A stretch of 64,000 nucleotides of DNA from an uncultured Actinomycetota bacterium. GTDB taxonomy: Bacteria > Actinomycetota > Actinomycetes > Mycobacteriales > Mycobacteriaceae. The notes beneath the pieces are model-generated. The model made no database searches, was not told the DNA's origin, and was given only the letters and a program-made list of their open reading frames with translations. The translations under genes were made by a program, and so were the position numbers. Below, piece by piece: positions 27,586 to 38,025 of the stretch. The stretch spans positions 16,116-80,115 of the forward strand of contig CAWEFS010000008.1 in the NCBI GenBank assembly GCA_963808375.1, written 5' to 3'. How positions within the stretch are numbered: the stretch's first letter is position 1; each line of letters begins with the position of its first letter.

Positions 27586-28680
27586 TCAGAACCTTGGATG
27601 TTCGCCCACGAGCGTCGCGCGTGGGCTTTCTTTCCCGCCTTTGCTGACAGTTCCCAGCACCCAACAATCCAGATGCCGGGCGGTCAGTACGGCCAGGGCC
27701 CGGTCGGTGTCTTCCGGAGCGACGACGGCGACCATCCCGACGCCCATGTTGAACGTTTTCTCCATTTCCGTACGCATGACGCGGCCCCGCTGGGCGATCA
27801 TCGCGAACACCGGCGCGGGTGTCCAGGTGCCGCGGTCCACCTCGGCCAACAGGCCCTGCGGGATGACCCGTTCCAAGTTGCCGGTCAATCCGCCACCGGT
27901 GACATGGCAGAACGTCCGGACCTGGGTCTCGGCAGCCAGCGCGAGACAGTCCTTGGCGTAGATCCGGGTGGGCTCGAGTAGTTCTTCGCCCAAGGTGCGG
28001 CCGAATTCCTCGACATGGCCGGCGAGATTCATCCGGTCGATCTCCAGTAGGACATTCCGGGCCAGCGAGTATCCGTTGGAGTGCAGGCCAGAGGAGCCCA
28101 TGCCGATGATGACGTCGCCCGGCTTGACCCGGTCGGGGCCCAGCACGTCGTCGGCTTCGACCACCCCGACTCCGGTGGCTGAGATGTCGTAGTGGTCCGG
28201 TTCGATCAGGCCGGGATGTTCGGCGGTCTCACCGCCGAGTAAGGCACAACCTGCGCGCATACACCCGTCGGCGATTCCGCCGACAATCGCGTTCAGCCGC
28301 TCAGGCACGATGCGGCCCAGGGCAATGTAATCGAGCAGGAACAACGGCTCGGCACCACACACCACCAGGTCGTCGACCACCATCGCGACCAGGTCGAGGC
28401 CGACCGTGTCGTGTTTGTCCATCGCCTGCGCGACGGCCAGTTTGGTGCCCACCCCGTCGCTGGAGGCCGCCAGAAGTGGTTCGCGGTAGTCCCCGCGCAG
28501 CGCGAACAGGCCCGCGAAACCACCCAGCTTGCTGCGCACCTCAGGCCTGGTCGCCTTGGACGCAAGTGGCTTGAACAGTTCGACGGCACGCTCGCCGGCT
28601 TCGATGTTTACCCCCGCCGATGCGTAGGTGACGCCGTGAACGCCCGAAGGGTATCCGGGACTTCTTCCGGTGTCCGTCAT
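27586..28680 (-). CDS. purM: Phosphoribosylformylglycinamidine cyclo-ligase (AIR synthetase) PurM
   Basis: ORF 27586..28680. PurM motifs (DGVGTKL, DDLVVCGAEPLFLLDY, GMGSSGLHSNGYSL). Confidence 0.95.
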   Translation of the reverse strand: MTDTGRSPGYPSGVHGVTYASAGVNIEAGERAVELFKPLASKATRPEVRSKLGGFAGLFALRGDYREPLLAASSDGVGTKLAVAQAMDKHDTVGLDLVAMVVDDLVVCGAEPLFLLDYIALGRIVPERLNAIVGGIADGCMRAGCALLGGETAEHPGLIEPDHYDISATGVGVVEADDVLGPDRVKPGDVIIGMGSSGLHSNGYSLARNVLLEIDRMNLAGHVEEFGRTLGEELLEPTRIYAKDCLALAAETQVRTFCHVTGGGLTGNLERVIPQGLLAEVDRGTWTPAPVFAMIAQRGRVMRTEMEKTFNMGVGMVAVVAPEDTDRALAVLTARHLDCWVLGTVSKGGKESPRATLVGEHPRF

Positions 28681-28757
28681 CGGCTTAAAGGCTACCGGTC
28701 GGTTCGCGTCGGCATTAACCGATTGAAGCCCAATTGGGGCCCGGTTGCAGTGCCGCG

Positions 28758-30299
28758 CTAGGGACGGCGCAACGCCTCTTCAGCGCCCAGCGATGCGTCG
28801 CCGGTCAGAGTGGCGCCGGCTTCGCGCGCGGCGTTGGCGAGCATGTGCTCGACGACGTTCTTGCCCAACGCGGACTCCCGGGGCAACTGGATCGGGTACC
28901 TGCCGTCATAGCACGCCGTGCACAATCGCGAGACGGGCTGCTCGGTGGCGGCGACCAAGCCCCGCAGCGAGATGTAGCCCAACGTGTCGGCGTTGATCGC
29001 GTGCCGCACCGCTTCGAGCATCTCGCCCTGATCTTCAACGGCATTGGCAATCAATTCCGCCGGCGACGGGAAATCGATGCCGTAGAAGCAGGGCCACTTG
29101 ACCGGCGGCGAGGCGATCCGCACGTGCACCTCGACCGCGCCCGCTTCCCGCAGCATCCGCACCAGGGCGCGCTGGGTGTTGCCCCGCACGATCGAGTCGT
29201 CGACGACGACGAGCCGCTTGCCCCGGATGACTTCCTTCAGCGGATTCAGCTTCAGCCTGATCCCGAGCTGGCGAATGGTCTGCGACGGCTGGATGAAGGT
29301 GCGCCCGACATAGGCGTTCTTCATCAGGCCCTGTCCGTAGGGAATGTTGGACTCTTGCGCATACCCGACGGCGGCGGGGGTACCGGATTCCGGCACGCCG
29401 ATCACCAAGTCGGCGTCGACGGGGTGTTCGCGGGCCAGTCGGCGACCGATCTCGACGCGGGCCCCGTGCACCGACCGGCCGGCGATGGTGCTGTCCGGCC
29501 GGGCCAGATACACGTACTCGAAGATGCAGCCCTTAGGCGTGGGGTTGGCGAAACGGGTGGACCGCACGCCGTCGGCATCGATTGCCAGCAGTTCACCGGG
29601 CTCGATGTCACGCACGAACGAGGCGCCGACGATGTCGAGCGCGGCGGTTTCCGATGCCACCACCCATCCGCGGTCCAGTCGTCCCAGCGACAACGGCCGC
29701 ACCCCGTGCGGGTCACGGCACGCATAGAGGGTGTTTTCGTCCATGAAGGTCAGGCAGAAGGCGCCGCGTACGGTCGGCAACAGCTCCAGTGCCGCCTGCT
29801 CCAGGCTGGAATCGGCGGCGCCGTGTGCCAGCAAGGCGCCCAGCATGTCGGAGTCGGTGGTCGCGGCGCCGGGAGCCCGGGAGTTGACCAGTCCCGCTTC
29901 GCGGGCGCGGGCGACCAGTTCGGCGCTGTTCACCAGGTTGCCGTTGTGTCCCAGTGCGACGCCGGTGCCGGCCGCGGTGTTCCGGAACACCGGCTGTGCG
30001 TTCTCCCAGGTCGTGTTGCCGGTGGTGGAGTAGCGGGTGTGTCCGATGGCCACGTGGCCTTCCATGGCCGCCAGCGTCTGCTCGTCGAAAACCTGGCTGA
30101 CCAGACCCAGATCCTTGAACACCAGCACCTGCGAACCGTCGGCGACGGCGATGCCCGCTGCCTCCTGGCCGCGATGCTGCAGGGCGTAAAGGCCGTAGTA
30201 GGTCAGCTTGGCGACATCTTCACCGGGGGCCCAAACACCGAATACTCCGCACTCTTCACCGGGCGGGTTCTCGTCGACGATCGGCTGCTGAGCGGTCAC
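28758..30299 (-). CDS. purF: Amidophosphoribosyltransferase PurF
   Basis: ORF 28758..30299. Ntn-type propeptide then CGVFGV. PRTase motif VVVDDSIVRGNT. C-terminal Fe-S cysteines. Confidence 0.95.
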   Translation of the reverse strand: MTAQQPIVDENPPGEECGVFGVWAPGEDVAKLTYYGLYALQHRGQEAAGIAVADGSQVLVFKDLGLVSQVFDEQTLAAMEGHVAIGHTRYSTTGNTTWENAQPVFRNTAAGTGVALGHNGNLVNSAELVARAREAGLVNSRAPGAATTDSDMLGALLAHGAADSSLEQAALELLPTVRGAFCLTFMDENTLYACRDPHGVRPLSLGRLDRGWVVASETAALDIVGASFVRDIEPGELLAIDADGVRSTRFANPTPKGCIFEYVYLARPDSTIAGRSVHGARVEIGRRLAREHPVDADLVIGVPESGTPAAVGYAQESNIPYGQGLMKNAYVGRTFIQPSQTIRQLGIRLKLNPLKEVIRGKRLVVVDDSIVRGNTQRALVRMLREAGAVEVHVRIASPPVKWPCFYGIDFPSPAELIANAVEDQGEMLEAVRHAINADTLGYISLRGLVAATEQPVSRLCTACYDGRYPIQLPRESALGKNVVEHMLANAAREAGATLTGDASLGAEEALRRP

Positions 30300-30438
30300 A
30301 GTAAGGCGGCTCCCTGGACGCGGTTTGGTGACGTAACGGAGTTTACGGAAACGACGGACGAGACGGCGAATGCAGACGGCGTGTTGCGTCCCGTGCCAAC
30401 CCTATTTCGGCGCCCACAATTCCCAAAAGTGCTCAGCA

Positions 30439-30461
30439 GTAACATTTGTTGCAAATGTCAC
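30439..30461. promoter_or_regulatory. AT-rich 10-3-10 inverted repeat GTAACATTTG-TTG-CAAATGTCAC upstream of purF (candidate operator)
   Basis: The core ACATTTG-n3-CAAATGT is perfect. There is one mismatch in the outer arms. It lies about 140 nt upstream of the purF GTG and 20 nt past the stop of the upstream gene. Confidence 0.35.
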
Positions 30462-30480
30462 AGTCGTCGAAGGCCCAGAG

Positions 30481-30873
30481 TCAGCCGGCGAGGTGGACCA
30501 GCGGCAGCCAGGGCCCGATTTCGCCGGCCCGCGAACCACTCAGCCGAAGCGCCCCCGAGCTGTGAGCCGTCGCCATGTTCAGCAAGCCGGTGGCAAGCAG
30601 CAGCCACGTCCGCGCATCGGCTTCCACCACGTTGGGCGGTGTACCGCGGGTGTGCCGCGGCCCGGCGACACACTGCACCGCCACGAACGGCGGAACCCGG
30701 ACCTCGACACTGGCGCCCGGGGCCTGCGCGGCCAGTGTGCGGGCGGTGAGCCGCACGGCGGCGGCCAGGTCGGCGCGCGCCGGTACCGGTTTGGTGTCGT
30801 CGCGCAACCAGCCCTCGATCGCCAGGACAGCCCGGCGCGTTTCGGCCGGATCGGCTTGGTGACGAGCGCCCAT
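30481..30873 (-). CDS. Sterol-carrier-family / conserved hypothetical protein (Rv0807-like)
   Basis: ORF 30481..30873. Assignment rests on position between purF and the next gene and on remembered similarity. No catalytic motif recognised. Confidence 0.6.
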   Translation of the reverse strand: MGARHQADPAETRRAVLAIEGWLRDDTKPVPARADLAAAVRLTARTLAAQAPGASVEVRVPPFVAVQCVAGPRHTRGTPPNVVEADARTWLLLATGLLNMATAHSSGALRLSGSRAGEIGPWLPLVHLAG

Positions 30874-30920
30874 AACTCAGGTTCTCAGAAGCTGATGATG
30901 TCGGCGCCACGGCCGGCGAG

Positions 30921-31529
30921 TCAGGACGACCGCCGCTGGAGGGTCAACGCGACCACTGCCGCGGTCTCGTTGATCGCCAGGTGCGTCAGCATTGGTGCCG
31001 CCAGGCTGCCGGACCGGTCAGCCAGCCACCCGAACAACCAACCCGCGGCACCGGTGGCCACAACGGTCGGCAGCACCGGCTCACCGGTAGCGCGGGCGTC
31101 GGCGATATGGCTGAGCGCGAAGGTGCCGGCCTGCAGCAGCCGGCCGGCAGATGAACCCAACGCCCGGCCCGCCACGGTGGTCAGCGCCGCCCGGTACGCG
31201 GCCTCTTCGGCCCACACCGTGCCCAGCGGTATGCGCACCGCCAGCCAATCGACCACCGAACCGGGCGTGTCCCGTTCGGCCATCGACCGGCGCACCGCCG
31301 GCACCGAAACCGTCGCGGCTATCGCGCCGCCGGCGACTCCCGCACCGACCGAGCCCCAGCGCAGCCCCGACCACAGCCGCGGCGGTCGAAAGCCGACCGC
31401 CGCCCGCGTCGTTGCGATGAGCAGTGCGCCGAATCCGGCTTGTGCCAGGGTCCGCCATGGTGTCGGCAGCCGCGGGCTGACGAAACTCCATCCGACCAGG
31501 ACGCCCGCCAATGCCAGCGCTCGGCGCAT
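30921..31529 (-). CDS. CPBP-family (CAAX-type) intramembrane glutamic protease
   Basis: ORF 30921..31532 (TTG). ATG at 31529 is preferred because it overlaps the upstream stop as TGATG. Motifs WAEEAAYR (EExxxR), FALSH and THLAIN, with multiple TM segments. Confidence 0.75.
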   Translation of the reverse strand: MRRALALAGVLVGWSFVSPRLPTPWRTLAQAGFGALLIATTRAAVGFRPPRLWSGLRWGSVGAGVAGGAIAATVSVPAVRRSMAERDTPGSVVDWLAVRIPLGTVWAEEAAYRAALTTVAGRALGSSAGRLLQAGTFALSHIADARATGEPVLPTVVATGAAGWLFGWLADRSGSLAAPMLTHLAINETAAVVALTLQRRSS

Positions 31530-33295
31530 CAAGACACGGGTCCGGCGGCCGCCTGAAACTGGTTGAGCGCGGCGCGCGTCCGCTCGGTGTCGGCAGGTGT
31601 CCAGCCGTCAGGTGGCGACACGGCCGCCCAGCCGTCGAGGGCCATGTCACCGTAGTTGTGGCCGTGACCTGCCGGCATTCCTTCGGCTTCAGTCAGGTCC
31701 GCGCTGACCTGCCAGAACGTCACCACCGGGAACCAGTCCATGGCAGCGGTGCGGTCTCGGCCCGGCGGTTCCACCAGCCAGTCCGGCCGACTGAAGAGCA
31801 GATCAGGTGACCACCACACCACCGGATCCGACGCATGTTGCAGGAACAAGACGCGCGTGCCGTCCCAGGGGCGCGCCGCAACCGCGCCGATGTCGGCGGG
31901 ACGGTTGGCCTCGGAGAACCGCACAGTACGGCCGTTGTCGTAGCGCGGATCGACCTGGGGTGTGCCGGGATCGCGGCGCGCCACGAGCGCGTGCCACAGC
32001 GGGCTTTCCTGCGGCGGGCCTTCCCACAGCACGGCGCTGAACCCCATCTTCGCCACATCGGGCAAATACCCGAAGGCAGCCTGACCGGCCATCGAGCCGA
32101 GGCTTTCGCCGCAAAGCACCAGTTTCGGGCGGTGATCGACCGGCCACTGCTGCCACTGCTGCTGGATGGTATCGACCAGGAGCCGGCCGGAATCCTTCGA
32201 CTTCTGCCGATCGGCCAGAAACGAAATCCAGCTCGGCAGGAACGAATACTGCGCACTCACAATGGCGGTGTCGCCGTTGTACATCATCTCCACCGAATTC
32301 GCCATCGCAGGATCGACCCAACCGGTGCCGGTGGTTGGGACGATGATCAGCAGTTTGCGATCGACTGCGTGGGTGCGCTCGAGCTCACCCACCAACACCT
32401 GCGCGCGGCCTTCGTCGCTGTCGGCGGTTTCCAACCCGGCGTAGATGCGGATCGGCTCTTTGGCCGGCCGACCGTTGAGCCGGGTCAGGTCGGCGGCGTG
32501 CGGACCGGTGGCCACGAAGTTGCGGCCCTGTAAGCCCAGGGAGTCCCACGACGCCAGCGACGCAGAGCTGCCGGACCTCTCCGGGAGCAGCGGTGTGGAT
32601 ACACCCGCACTGGTCGTGTCGTTGCGCGGCTGGAAGATGGCGTTGGCACCGGCGAAGAAACCGCGCACGAGCACACCGTTGAACAACGCGATGAGCAGCG
32701 CGACCACGATCGTGGTACCGAGGAACAACGCAACCTCGTCGTTCAGGTGCCAGCGTCTGATCAGCGCCCTGGCCAGCAGCCTGATGGCGTCGATGATCAC
32801 CCGCGACGTCGACACCAGCAGCGCCGCGACGACGACAGACAGGATCAAGGTGCGCAGGTAACCCCGGGTGGCCGGGCCCTCGATGCTCATCAGCGCCGAC
32901 ACCTGCCGCTGCCAGGCCGCCGCCGGAATCAGCATCAGCACGCACGCCGTCGGCGAGAGCACGACGACACTTACCTTCAGCCACCACGTCATTCGAGGGC
33001 TCGGTGGCCACCACCCGACGTTGCGCAGCACGAGGCGGTCGACAGCTTTGCCGATCGGCACACCGAGTCCGTAACCGATGGCGGCGTTGATGCCACTGAT
33101 CAACCCCTGGAACAGCCAGGTGCGCGGCAGCAGCGAAGGGGTCAGCGACAAGCAGAAGAACAGGGCGCCGACCCCGACGCCGGTGAACCTCAGCCGCAGC
33201 AGGCTCCATGTCCACACCACCAGCGGATGACGGTCCGGCGGGTGTGCCAGGGACGTTGCGGTTTCGCCGGTGGTCTGGCGCACCGGCGTGCTCAT
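31529..33295 (-). CDS. Membrane-anchored alpha/beta-hydrolase (Abhydrolase_9-like, uncharacterised)
   Basis: ORF 31529..33295. The N-terminal ~200 aa has several TM helices. The C-terminal domain has the nucleophile elbow LCGESLGSMAG. Confidence 0.7.
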   Translation of the reverse strand: MSTPVRQTTGETATSLAHPPDRHPLVVWTWSLLRLRFTGVGVGALFFCLSLTPSLLPRTWLFQGLISGINAAIGYGLGVPIGKAVDRLVLRNVGWWPPSPRMTWWLKVSVVVLSPTACVLMLIPAAAWQRQVSALMSIEGPATRGYLRTLILSVVVAALLVSTSRVIIDAIRLLARALIRRWHLNDEVALFLGTTIVVALLIALFNGVLVRGFFAGANAIFQPRNDTTSAGVSTPLLPERSGSSASLASWDSLGLQGRNFVATGPHAADLTRLNGRPAKEPIRIYAGLETADSDEGRAQVLVGELERTHAVDRKLLIIVPTTGTGWVDPAMANSVEMMYNGDTAIVSAQYSFLPSWISFLADRQKSKDSGRLLVDTIQQQWQQWPVDHRPKLVLCGESLGSMAGQAAFGYLPDVAKMGFSAVLWEGPPQESPLWHALVARRDPGTPQVDPRYDNGRTVRFSEANRPADIGAVAARPWDGTRVLFLQHASDPVVWWSPDLLFSRPDWLVEPPGRDRTAAMDWFPVVTFWQVSADLTEAEGMPAGHGHNYGDMALDGWAAVSPPDGWTPADTERTRAALNQFQAAAGPVS

Positions 33296-33308
33296 CGGCG
33301 CCGATCCC

Positions 33309-35612
33309 TCATCCGAACAGCCCCGGCAGCACTCCTTCGAACGTGCTGCGCAGTTCGGTCAGTGAAACGGTGAACAAACCTTGCATCTCGAGCACATCGG
33401 AGCTCTCGTCGACGACTCCGATGCGTACCGCCGGCAACCCGCGTGCGGCGCACAGCGCCAGGAATCGGCTCTCGTCCTCACGCGGTGCGGCCACCAGGAC
33501 CCTGCCTGACGATTCGGCGAACAACGTGACGAACGGGTCGCTGTCCTCGGGAAGGACGATGCGGCAACCGGTTTCGCCTGCCAGGGCCGACTCGACGACG
33601 GCCTGGGCCAGGCCGCCCTCGGACAGGTCGTGCGCCGCGGACAGCAAGCCCTCGTTGGCCGCCGCGCTCAACACTTCAGCCAGCAACCGTTCGCGGTCCA
33701 ACGCGACGGCCGGCGGCCGCCCGCCGAGATGCCCGGCACTGACCTGTGCCCACACCGAGCCGTCGAATTCGTCTCGGGTGTCGCCAAGTAGTAGCAGCGT
33801 TTCGCCGGGCTTGCTGCCGAAATATGCCGGCAGACGTCGACGCACATCTGCGATGACACCGAGCACCCCGACGACCGGGGTGGGCTGGATCGCCGCCGAC
33901 CCGGTTTGGTTGTAGAAGCTGACGTTGCCGCCGGTCACCGGAATGCCCAGCGCCGCGCAGCCGTCGGCCAGTCCGCGGACCGCCTGAGCGAACTGCCACA
34001 TCACGCCCGGGTCTTCGGGCGATCCGAAGTTGAGGCAGTTGGTGACGGCCACCGGGGTGGCGCCGGTGACTGCGACGTTGCGGTACGCCTCGGCCAGGGC
34101 GAGTTGGGCACCGGTGAAGGGATCCAGCAGGGTGTAGCGTCCAGACGCGTCGGTCGACACCGCGATACCACGGCCGGTCGACTCGTCGATGCGCAGCATC
34201 CCGCTGTCGGCGTACTCGGCCAGCACGGTGTTGCCGCGCACGTAGCGGTCGTATTGCTGTGTGATGAACGCACGGCTGCACAGATGCGGACTGCCCAGCA
34301 GCGCAAGCAAAGTCGCGCGTAACTCGGCGCCGGTGGCAGGCCGCGGCAAGTTGCCCGAGTGGTCGGCGTTGAGCGCGTCCTGGAACTCGGGACGCGCGAG
34401 CGGACGCTCATAGACCGGACCCTGATGCGCCACGGTGCGCGGCGGCACGTCGACGACCGTCTCGCCGTGCCAGCTGATCCGCAGCCGGTCACCGTCGGTG
34501 ACCTCCCCGATGACGGTGGCCAGCACATCCCACTTACGGCACACCGCCAGGAAGGCGTCGACGTGGTCCGGTGTGACCACCGCGCACATTCGTTCCTGTG
34601 ACTCGCTGCACAGCACTTCGGCGGCGGTCATGCTCTGTGTGCGCAGCGGAACCGTGCTCAGTTCGACCGTCATGCCGCCGTCTCCGGCGGAAGCCAATTC
34701 GGATGTGGCGCAAGCTAATCCGGCACCGCCGAGATCCTGGATGCCGACTACCAAGTCGGCGGCGTACAGCTCCAGGCAGCACTCGATGAGCACCTTTTCC
34801 GTGAACGGGTCACCGACTTGCACCGAGGGCAGCTTTTTTCTGTTCTTGCTGCCGCTATCGGTCTCGTCGTCACCGAACGTCTCCGACGCCAGCACTGAAA
34901 CACCGCCGATGCCGTCCAAACCGGTTCGCGCACCGAACAGGATGATCTTGTTGCCGGTGCCCGACGCGAACGCCAGGTGCAGATCCTCCTTCCGCAACAC
35001 CCCGACACATAAGGCGTTGACCAATGGGTTGCCGGCGTAGCAGGCGTCGAAGACGGTTTCGCCGCCGATGTTAGGCAGGCCCAGCGAATTGCCGTAACCG
35101 CCGATACCGCGTACCACCCCGTCCAGCACCCGGCGGGTGTCCGGCGCGTCGGCGGCACCGAAGCGGAGCTGGTCCATCACCGCCACCGGCCGGGCGCCCA
35201 TCGCCATGATGTCGCGCACAATCCCGCCGACACCGGTGGCCGCGCCCTGGTAGGGCTCGACGTAGGACGGGTGGTTGTGCGATTCGACCTTGAAGGTGAC
35301 CGCCCACCCGTCACCGATGTCCACGACACCGGCGTTTTCCCCGATGCCGGCCAGCATTTCGGCGCGCATCTGCTCGGTGGTGGTTTCCCCGAAGTAGCGC
35401 AGGTGGACCTTCGAAGACTTGTAGGAGCAGTGTTCGCTCCACATCACCGAGTACATGACCAATTCGGCGTCGGTGGGCCGACGGCCCAAGATCTCGCGGA
35501 TGCGCTGATATTCGTCGTCTTTGAGGCCCAGCTCGCGGAACGGTTGAGGCTGATCGGGGGTGGCCGCGGCCGACTCGACGGTGTCGACTGCTTGAGTAAG
35601 CCCGAACGTCAC
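33309..35612 (-). CDS. purL: Phosphoribosylformylglycinamidine synthase subunit PurL
   Basis: ORF 33309..35612 (GTG). Contains [22 protein letters not shown] and duplicated PurM-like domains. TAGACT sits 6 nt upstream of the GTG. Confidence 0.95.
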   Translation of the reverse strand: MTFGLTQAVDTVESAAATPDQPQPFRELGLKDDEYQRIREILGRRPTDAELVMYSVMWSEHCSYKSSKVHLRYFGETTTEQMRAEMLAGIGENAGVVDIGDGWAVTFKVESHNHPSYVEPYQGAATGVGGIVRDIMAMGARPVAVMDQLRFGAADAPDTRRVLDGVVRGIGGYGNSLGLPNIGGETVFDACYAGNPLVNALCVGVLRKEDLHLAFASGTGNKIILFGARTGLDGIGGVSVLASETFGDDETDSGSKNRKKLPSVQVGDPFTEKVLIECCLELYAADLVVGIQDLGGAGLACATSELASAGDGGMTVELSTVPLRTQSMTAAEVLCSESQERMCAVVTPDHVDAFLAVCRKWDVLATVIGEVTDGDRLRISWHGETVVDVPPRTVAHQGPVYERPLARPEFQDALNADHSGNLPRPATGAELRATLLALLGSPHLCSRAFITQQYDRYVRGNTVLAEYADSGMLRIDESTGRGIAVSTDASGRYTLLDPFTGAQLALAEAYRNVAVTGATPVAVTNCLNFGSPEDPGVMWQFAQAVRGLADGCAALGIPVTGGNVSFYNQTGSAAIQPTPVVGVLGVIADVRRRLPAYFGSKPGETLLLLGDTRDEFDGSVWAQVSAGHLGGRPPAVALDRERLLAEVLSAAANEGLLSAAHDLSEGGLAQAVVESALAGETGCRIVLPEDSDPFVTLFAESSGRVLVAAPREDESRFLALCAARGLPAVRIGVVDESSDVLEMQGLFTVSLTELRSTFEGVLPGLFG

Positions 35613-35679
35613 GGAGACAGTCTAGGTTCAGCACGTCTTGACGCAGCCCGAGCGCCGGTGCCGACGCCCGCCGCTCGGC

Positions 35680-36945
35680 TCATTCGGGCGACAGAAACGC
35701 CTCCAGAGCCGCGGCGTAGGCGGCGACGTCGTCGGCGCCCATGAATTCGCGTGCCGAGTGCATGGCCAGTTGAGGGGCGCCGACGTCGACGGTCGGGATA
35801 CCCGTGCGCGCCGCGGTCAGCGGCCCGATGGTCGAGCCGCACGGCAGGTCAGCGCGGTGTTCGTAGCGTTGCAGTCCGACGCCGGCCTGCCGGCACGCCA
35901 GCGCGAACGCCGCGGCGCTGCGACCGTCGGTGGCATAGCGCAGGTTGGGCTGCACCTTGAGCACCGGGCCACCGTTAACCGCGATGAGGTGACCGGGCTC
36001 GTGCCGTTCCGGATAGTTGGGGTGCGTCGCGTGCGCCATGTCCGCTGATGCCACCGTGGAGCCGGCCAGCCGGCGCAGGAAGTCTTCGCGGCTGCCGCCG
36101 GCGGCCAGCGCGATGCGCTCCAAGACGGTCAGCAGCAGCTCGGATTGCGCGCCGTGGTCGGAGGTGGACCCGACTTCCTCGTGGTCGAACAGCGCCAGCA
36201 CCGGCAGGTAGCGGCGCGGTTCGGCCACGAGCAGGGCGTGCAGTCCGGCATAGCAGCTGACCTGGTTGTCCAATCGGGGCGCGCTGACGAACTCGCCGTC
36301 GGGCCCGCTCACAGTGGACGCCGTGAGATCGTGGGTCATCAGATCCGCACCCAACACGTCTTGGCCGTTGACTCCGGCTTGCGCCGCGACGTAATCCACG
36401 AAGGCGCCGGAGATATCCCCGGCGCCCCACACGGCGTTAACGTGGCGCTGTGGGTCCAAGGTGAGCGATCTGCGGTCCTCCGCCAGATGAATGGCCAATT
36501 GCGGCACCCGCAAGATCGGGGCGTCGATGCGTACGAGCAGGTGAGCGATCCCGTTGCCGTTGCGGTCGTCCCGCACCGACAGCCGGCCGCTGACCCCCAG
36601 GTCGCGGTCCAGCCACGAGTTGAGCCATGCGCCGCCGTAAGGTTCCAGCGCCACCACCTGCCACCCTGCGACCACCCGGTCGGGATGCTGTTTGACCCGC
36701 AGATTAGGGCTGTCGGTGTGCGCGCCGATCACCCGATACGGTCGCTCGGTATCACCGAGGCTGTCCCAGGCCACCACCGAACCGGCTCGCACAACGAAGA
36801 ATCTGCCCGCGCTTGGCCATGCGTCGGCCTCGGCCAGCTCGCTGTAGCCTGCGTCCCGAAGTGCCCGCGCCACCGTCGCGCACACGTGGAAAGGCGAAGG
36901 GGACGCGTCGATGAACTCGCACAGTCCCGCTGCCGAAGCCGCCAT
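35680..36945 (-). CDS. pepC: M18-family aspartyl aminopeptidase
   Basis: ORF 35680..36945. M18 motifs ([27 protein letters not shown]). Confidence 0.85.
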   Translation of the reverse strand: MAASAAGLCEFIDASPSPFHVCATVARALRDAGYSELAEADAWPSAGRFFVVRAGSVVAWDSLGDTERPYRVIGAHTDSPNLRVKQHPDRVVAGWQVVALEPYGGAWLNSWLDRDLGVSGRLSVRDDRNGNGIAHLLVRIDAPILRVPQLAIHLAEDRRSLTLDPQRHVNAVWGAGDISGAFVDYVAAQAGVNGQDVLGADLMTHDLTASTVSGPDGEFVSAPRLDNQVSCYAGLHALLVAEPRRYLPVLALFDHEEVGSTSDHGAQSELLLTVLERIALAAGGSREDFLRRLAGSTVASADMAHATHPNYPERHEPGHLIAVNGGPVLKVQPNLRYATDGRSAAAFALACRQAGVGLQRYEHRADLPCGSTIGPLTAARTGIPTVDVGAPQLAMHSAREFMGADDVAAYAAALEAFLSPE

Positions 36946-36999
36946 GCGGCCATCTTTTCACCACGGCTGCTCAGAACTGGAGCGGGGAACGTTAGGGTC

Positions 37000-38025
37000 A
37001 TGAACGTGCCCGCTGTGCAGCCGCAACCGGTCTTGGAGCCGTTGACGCCGGCGGCAATCTTCCTGGTCTGCACCATCGACGAGGGCGGTGAGGCGATCGT
37101 GCACGACGCCCTGCCCGAGATCTCCGGGCTGGTGCGAGCGGTCGGCTTCCGCGATCCGGCGAAGCGCCTGTCCGCGGTCGCCTCGATCGGGTCGCGGGCA
37201 TGGGACCGGTTGTTCACCGGCCCGCGCCCAGCGGAGCTGCATCCGTTCATGGAGGTGCGCGGCCCACGGCACACCGCCCCGGCCACCCCGGGCGATCTGT
37301 TGTTCCACATCCGAGCCGAGACGCTGGACTTCTGCTTCGAGCTGGCAACCCGACTGGCCGAGGTGATGGCCGAGGCGATCACCATCGTCGACGAGGTGCA
37401 CGGGTTCCGGTTCTTCGACAACCGCGACCTGCTCGGATTCGTCGACGGTACCGAGAACCCCGACGGGCCGCTGGCCGTCAGCGCGACCCGGATCGGCGAC
37501 GAGGACCCGCCGTTCGCCGGCTCCTGCTACGTGCACGTCCAGAAGTACCTGCACGACATGACGGGGTGGAACTCGTTGTCGGTCGACGAACAACAGCAGG
37601 CCATGGGGCGTACCAAGCTGGACAACATCGAGCTAAACGAGGCCGAGCAACCGGCCAATTCACACGTCGCGTTGAACGTCATTGAGGACGCCGACGGCAA
37701 CGAGCTCAAGATTGTGCGGCACAACATGCCGTTCGGCGACATCGGCAGAGGCGAGTACGGCACGTACTACATCGGGTATTCCCGCACGCCCTCGGTCACC
37801 GAGAGGATGCTGCGCAACATGTTCCTCGGTGACCCGCCGGGCAACACCGACCGCATCCTGAATTTTTCCACCGCCGTGACCGGCGGTTTGTTCTTCTCCC
37901 CCACCGTGGACTTCCTCGACGATCCGCCGCCGCTACCCGGTGGGCAGGCGACGGTTCCCGCGGCGCAGTCGGCAGCGGGGACAGGATCTTTGGCTATCGG
38001 CAGCCTGAAAGGAACCCCTCGATGA
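37000..38025 (+). CDS. Dye-decolourising (DyP-type) peroxidase with C-terminal encapsulin-targeting peptide
   Basis: Frame of ORF 36145..38025 trimmed to ATG 37000 (MNVPAVQPQPVLEPLTPAAIFLV...). DyP motifs FVDGTENP and SHVAL. C-terminal GSLAIGSLKGTPR tail. Confidence 0.9.
   Translation: MNVPAVQPQPVLEPLTPAAIFLVCTIDEGGEAIVHDALPEISGLVRAVGFRDPAKRLSAVASIGSRAWDRLFTGPRPAELHPFMEVRGPRHTAPATPGDLLFHIRAETLDFCFELATRLAEVMAEAITIVDEVHGFRFFDNRDLLGFVDGTENPDGPLAVSATRIGDEDPPFAGSCYVHVQKYLHDMTGWNSLSVDEQQQAMGRTKLDNIELNEAEQPANSHVALNVIEDADGNELKIVRHNMPFGDIGRGEYGTYYIGYSRTPSVTERMLRNMFLGDPPGNTDRILNFSTAVTGGLFFSPTVDFLDDPPPLPGGQATVPAAQSAAGTGSLAIGSLKGTPR

Noticed and set aside
28734-30749. 671-aa plus-strand ORF
   Set aside because: Entirely antisense to purF and the Rv0807-like gene. 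No motifs. Shadow ORF.
36145-36999. Upstream 285 codons of ORF 36145..38025
   Set aside because: Antisense to pepC. DyP homology starts at ATG 37000.
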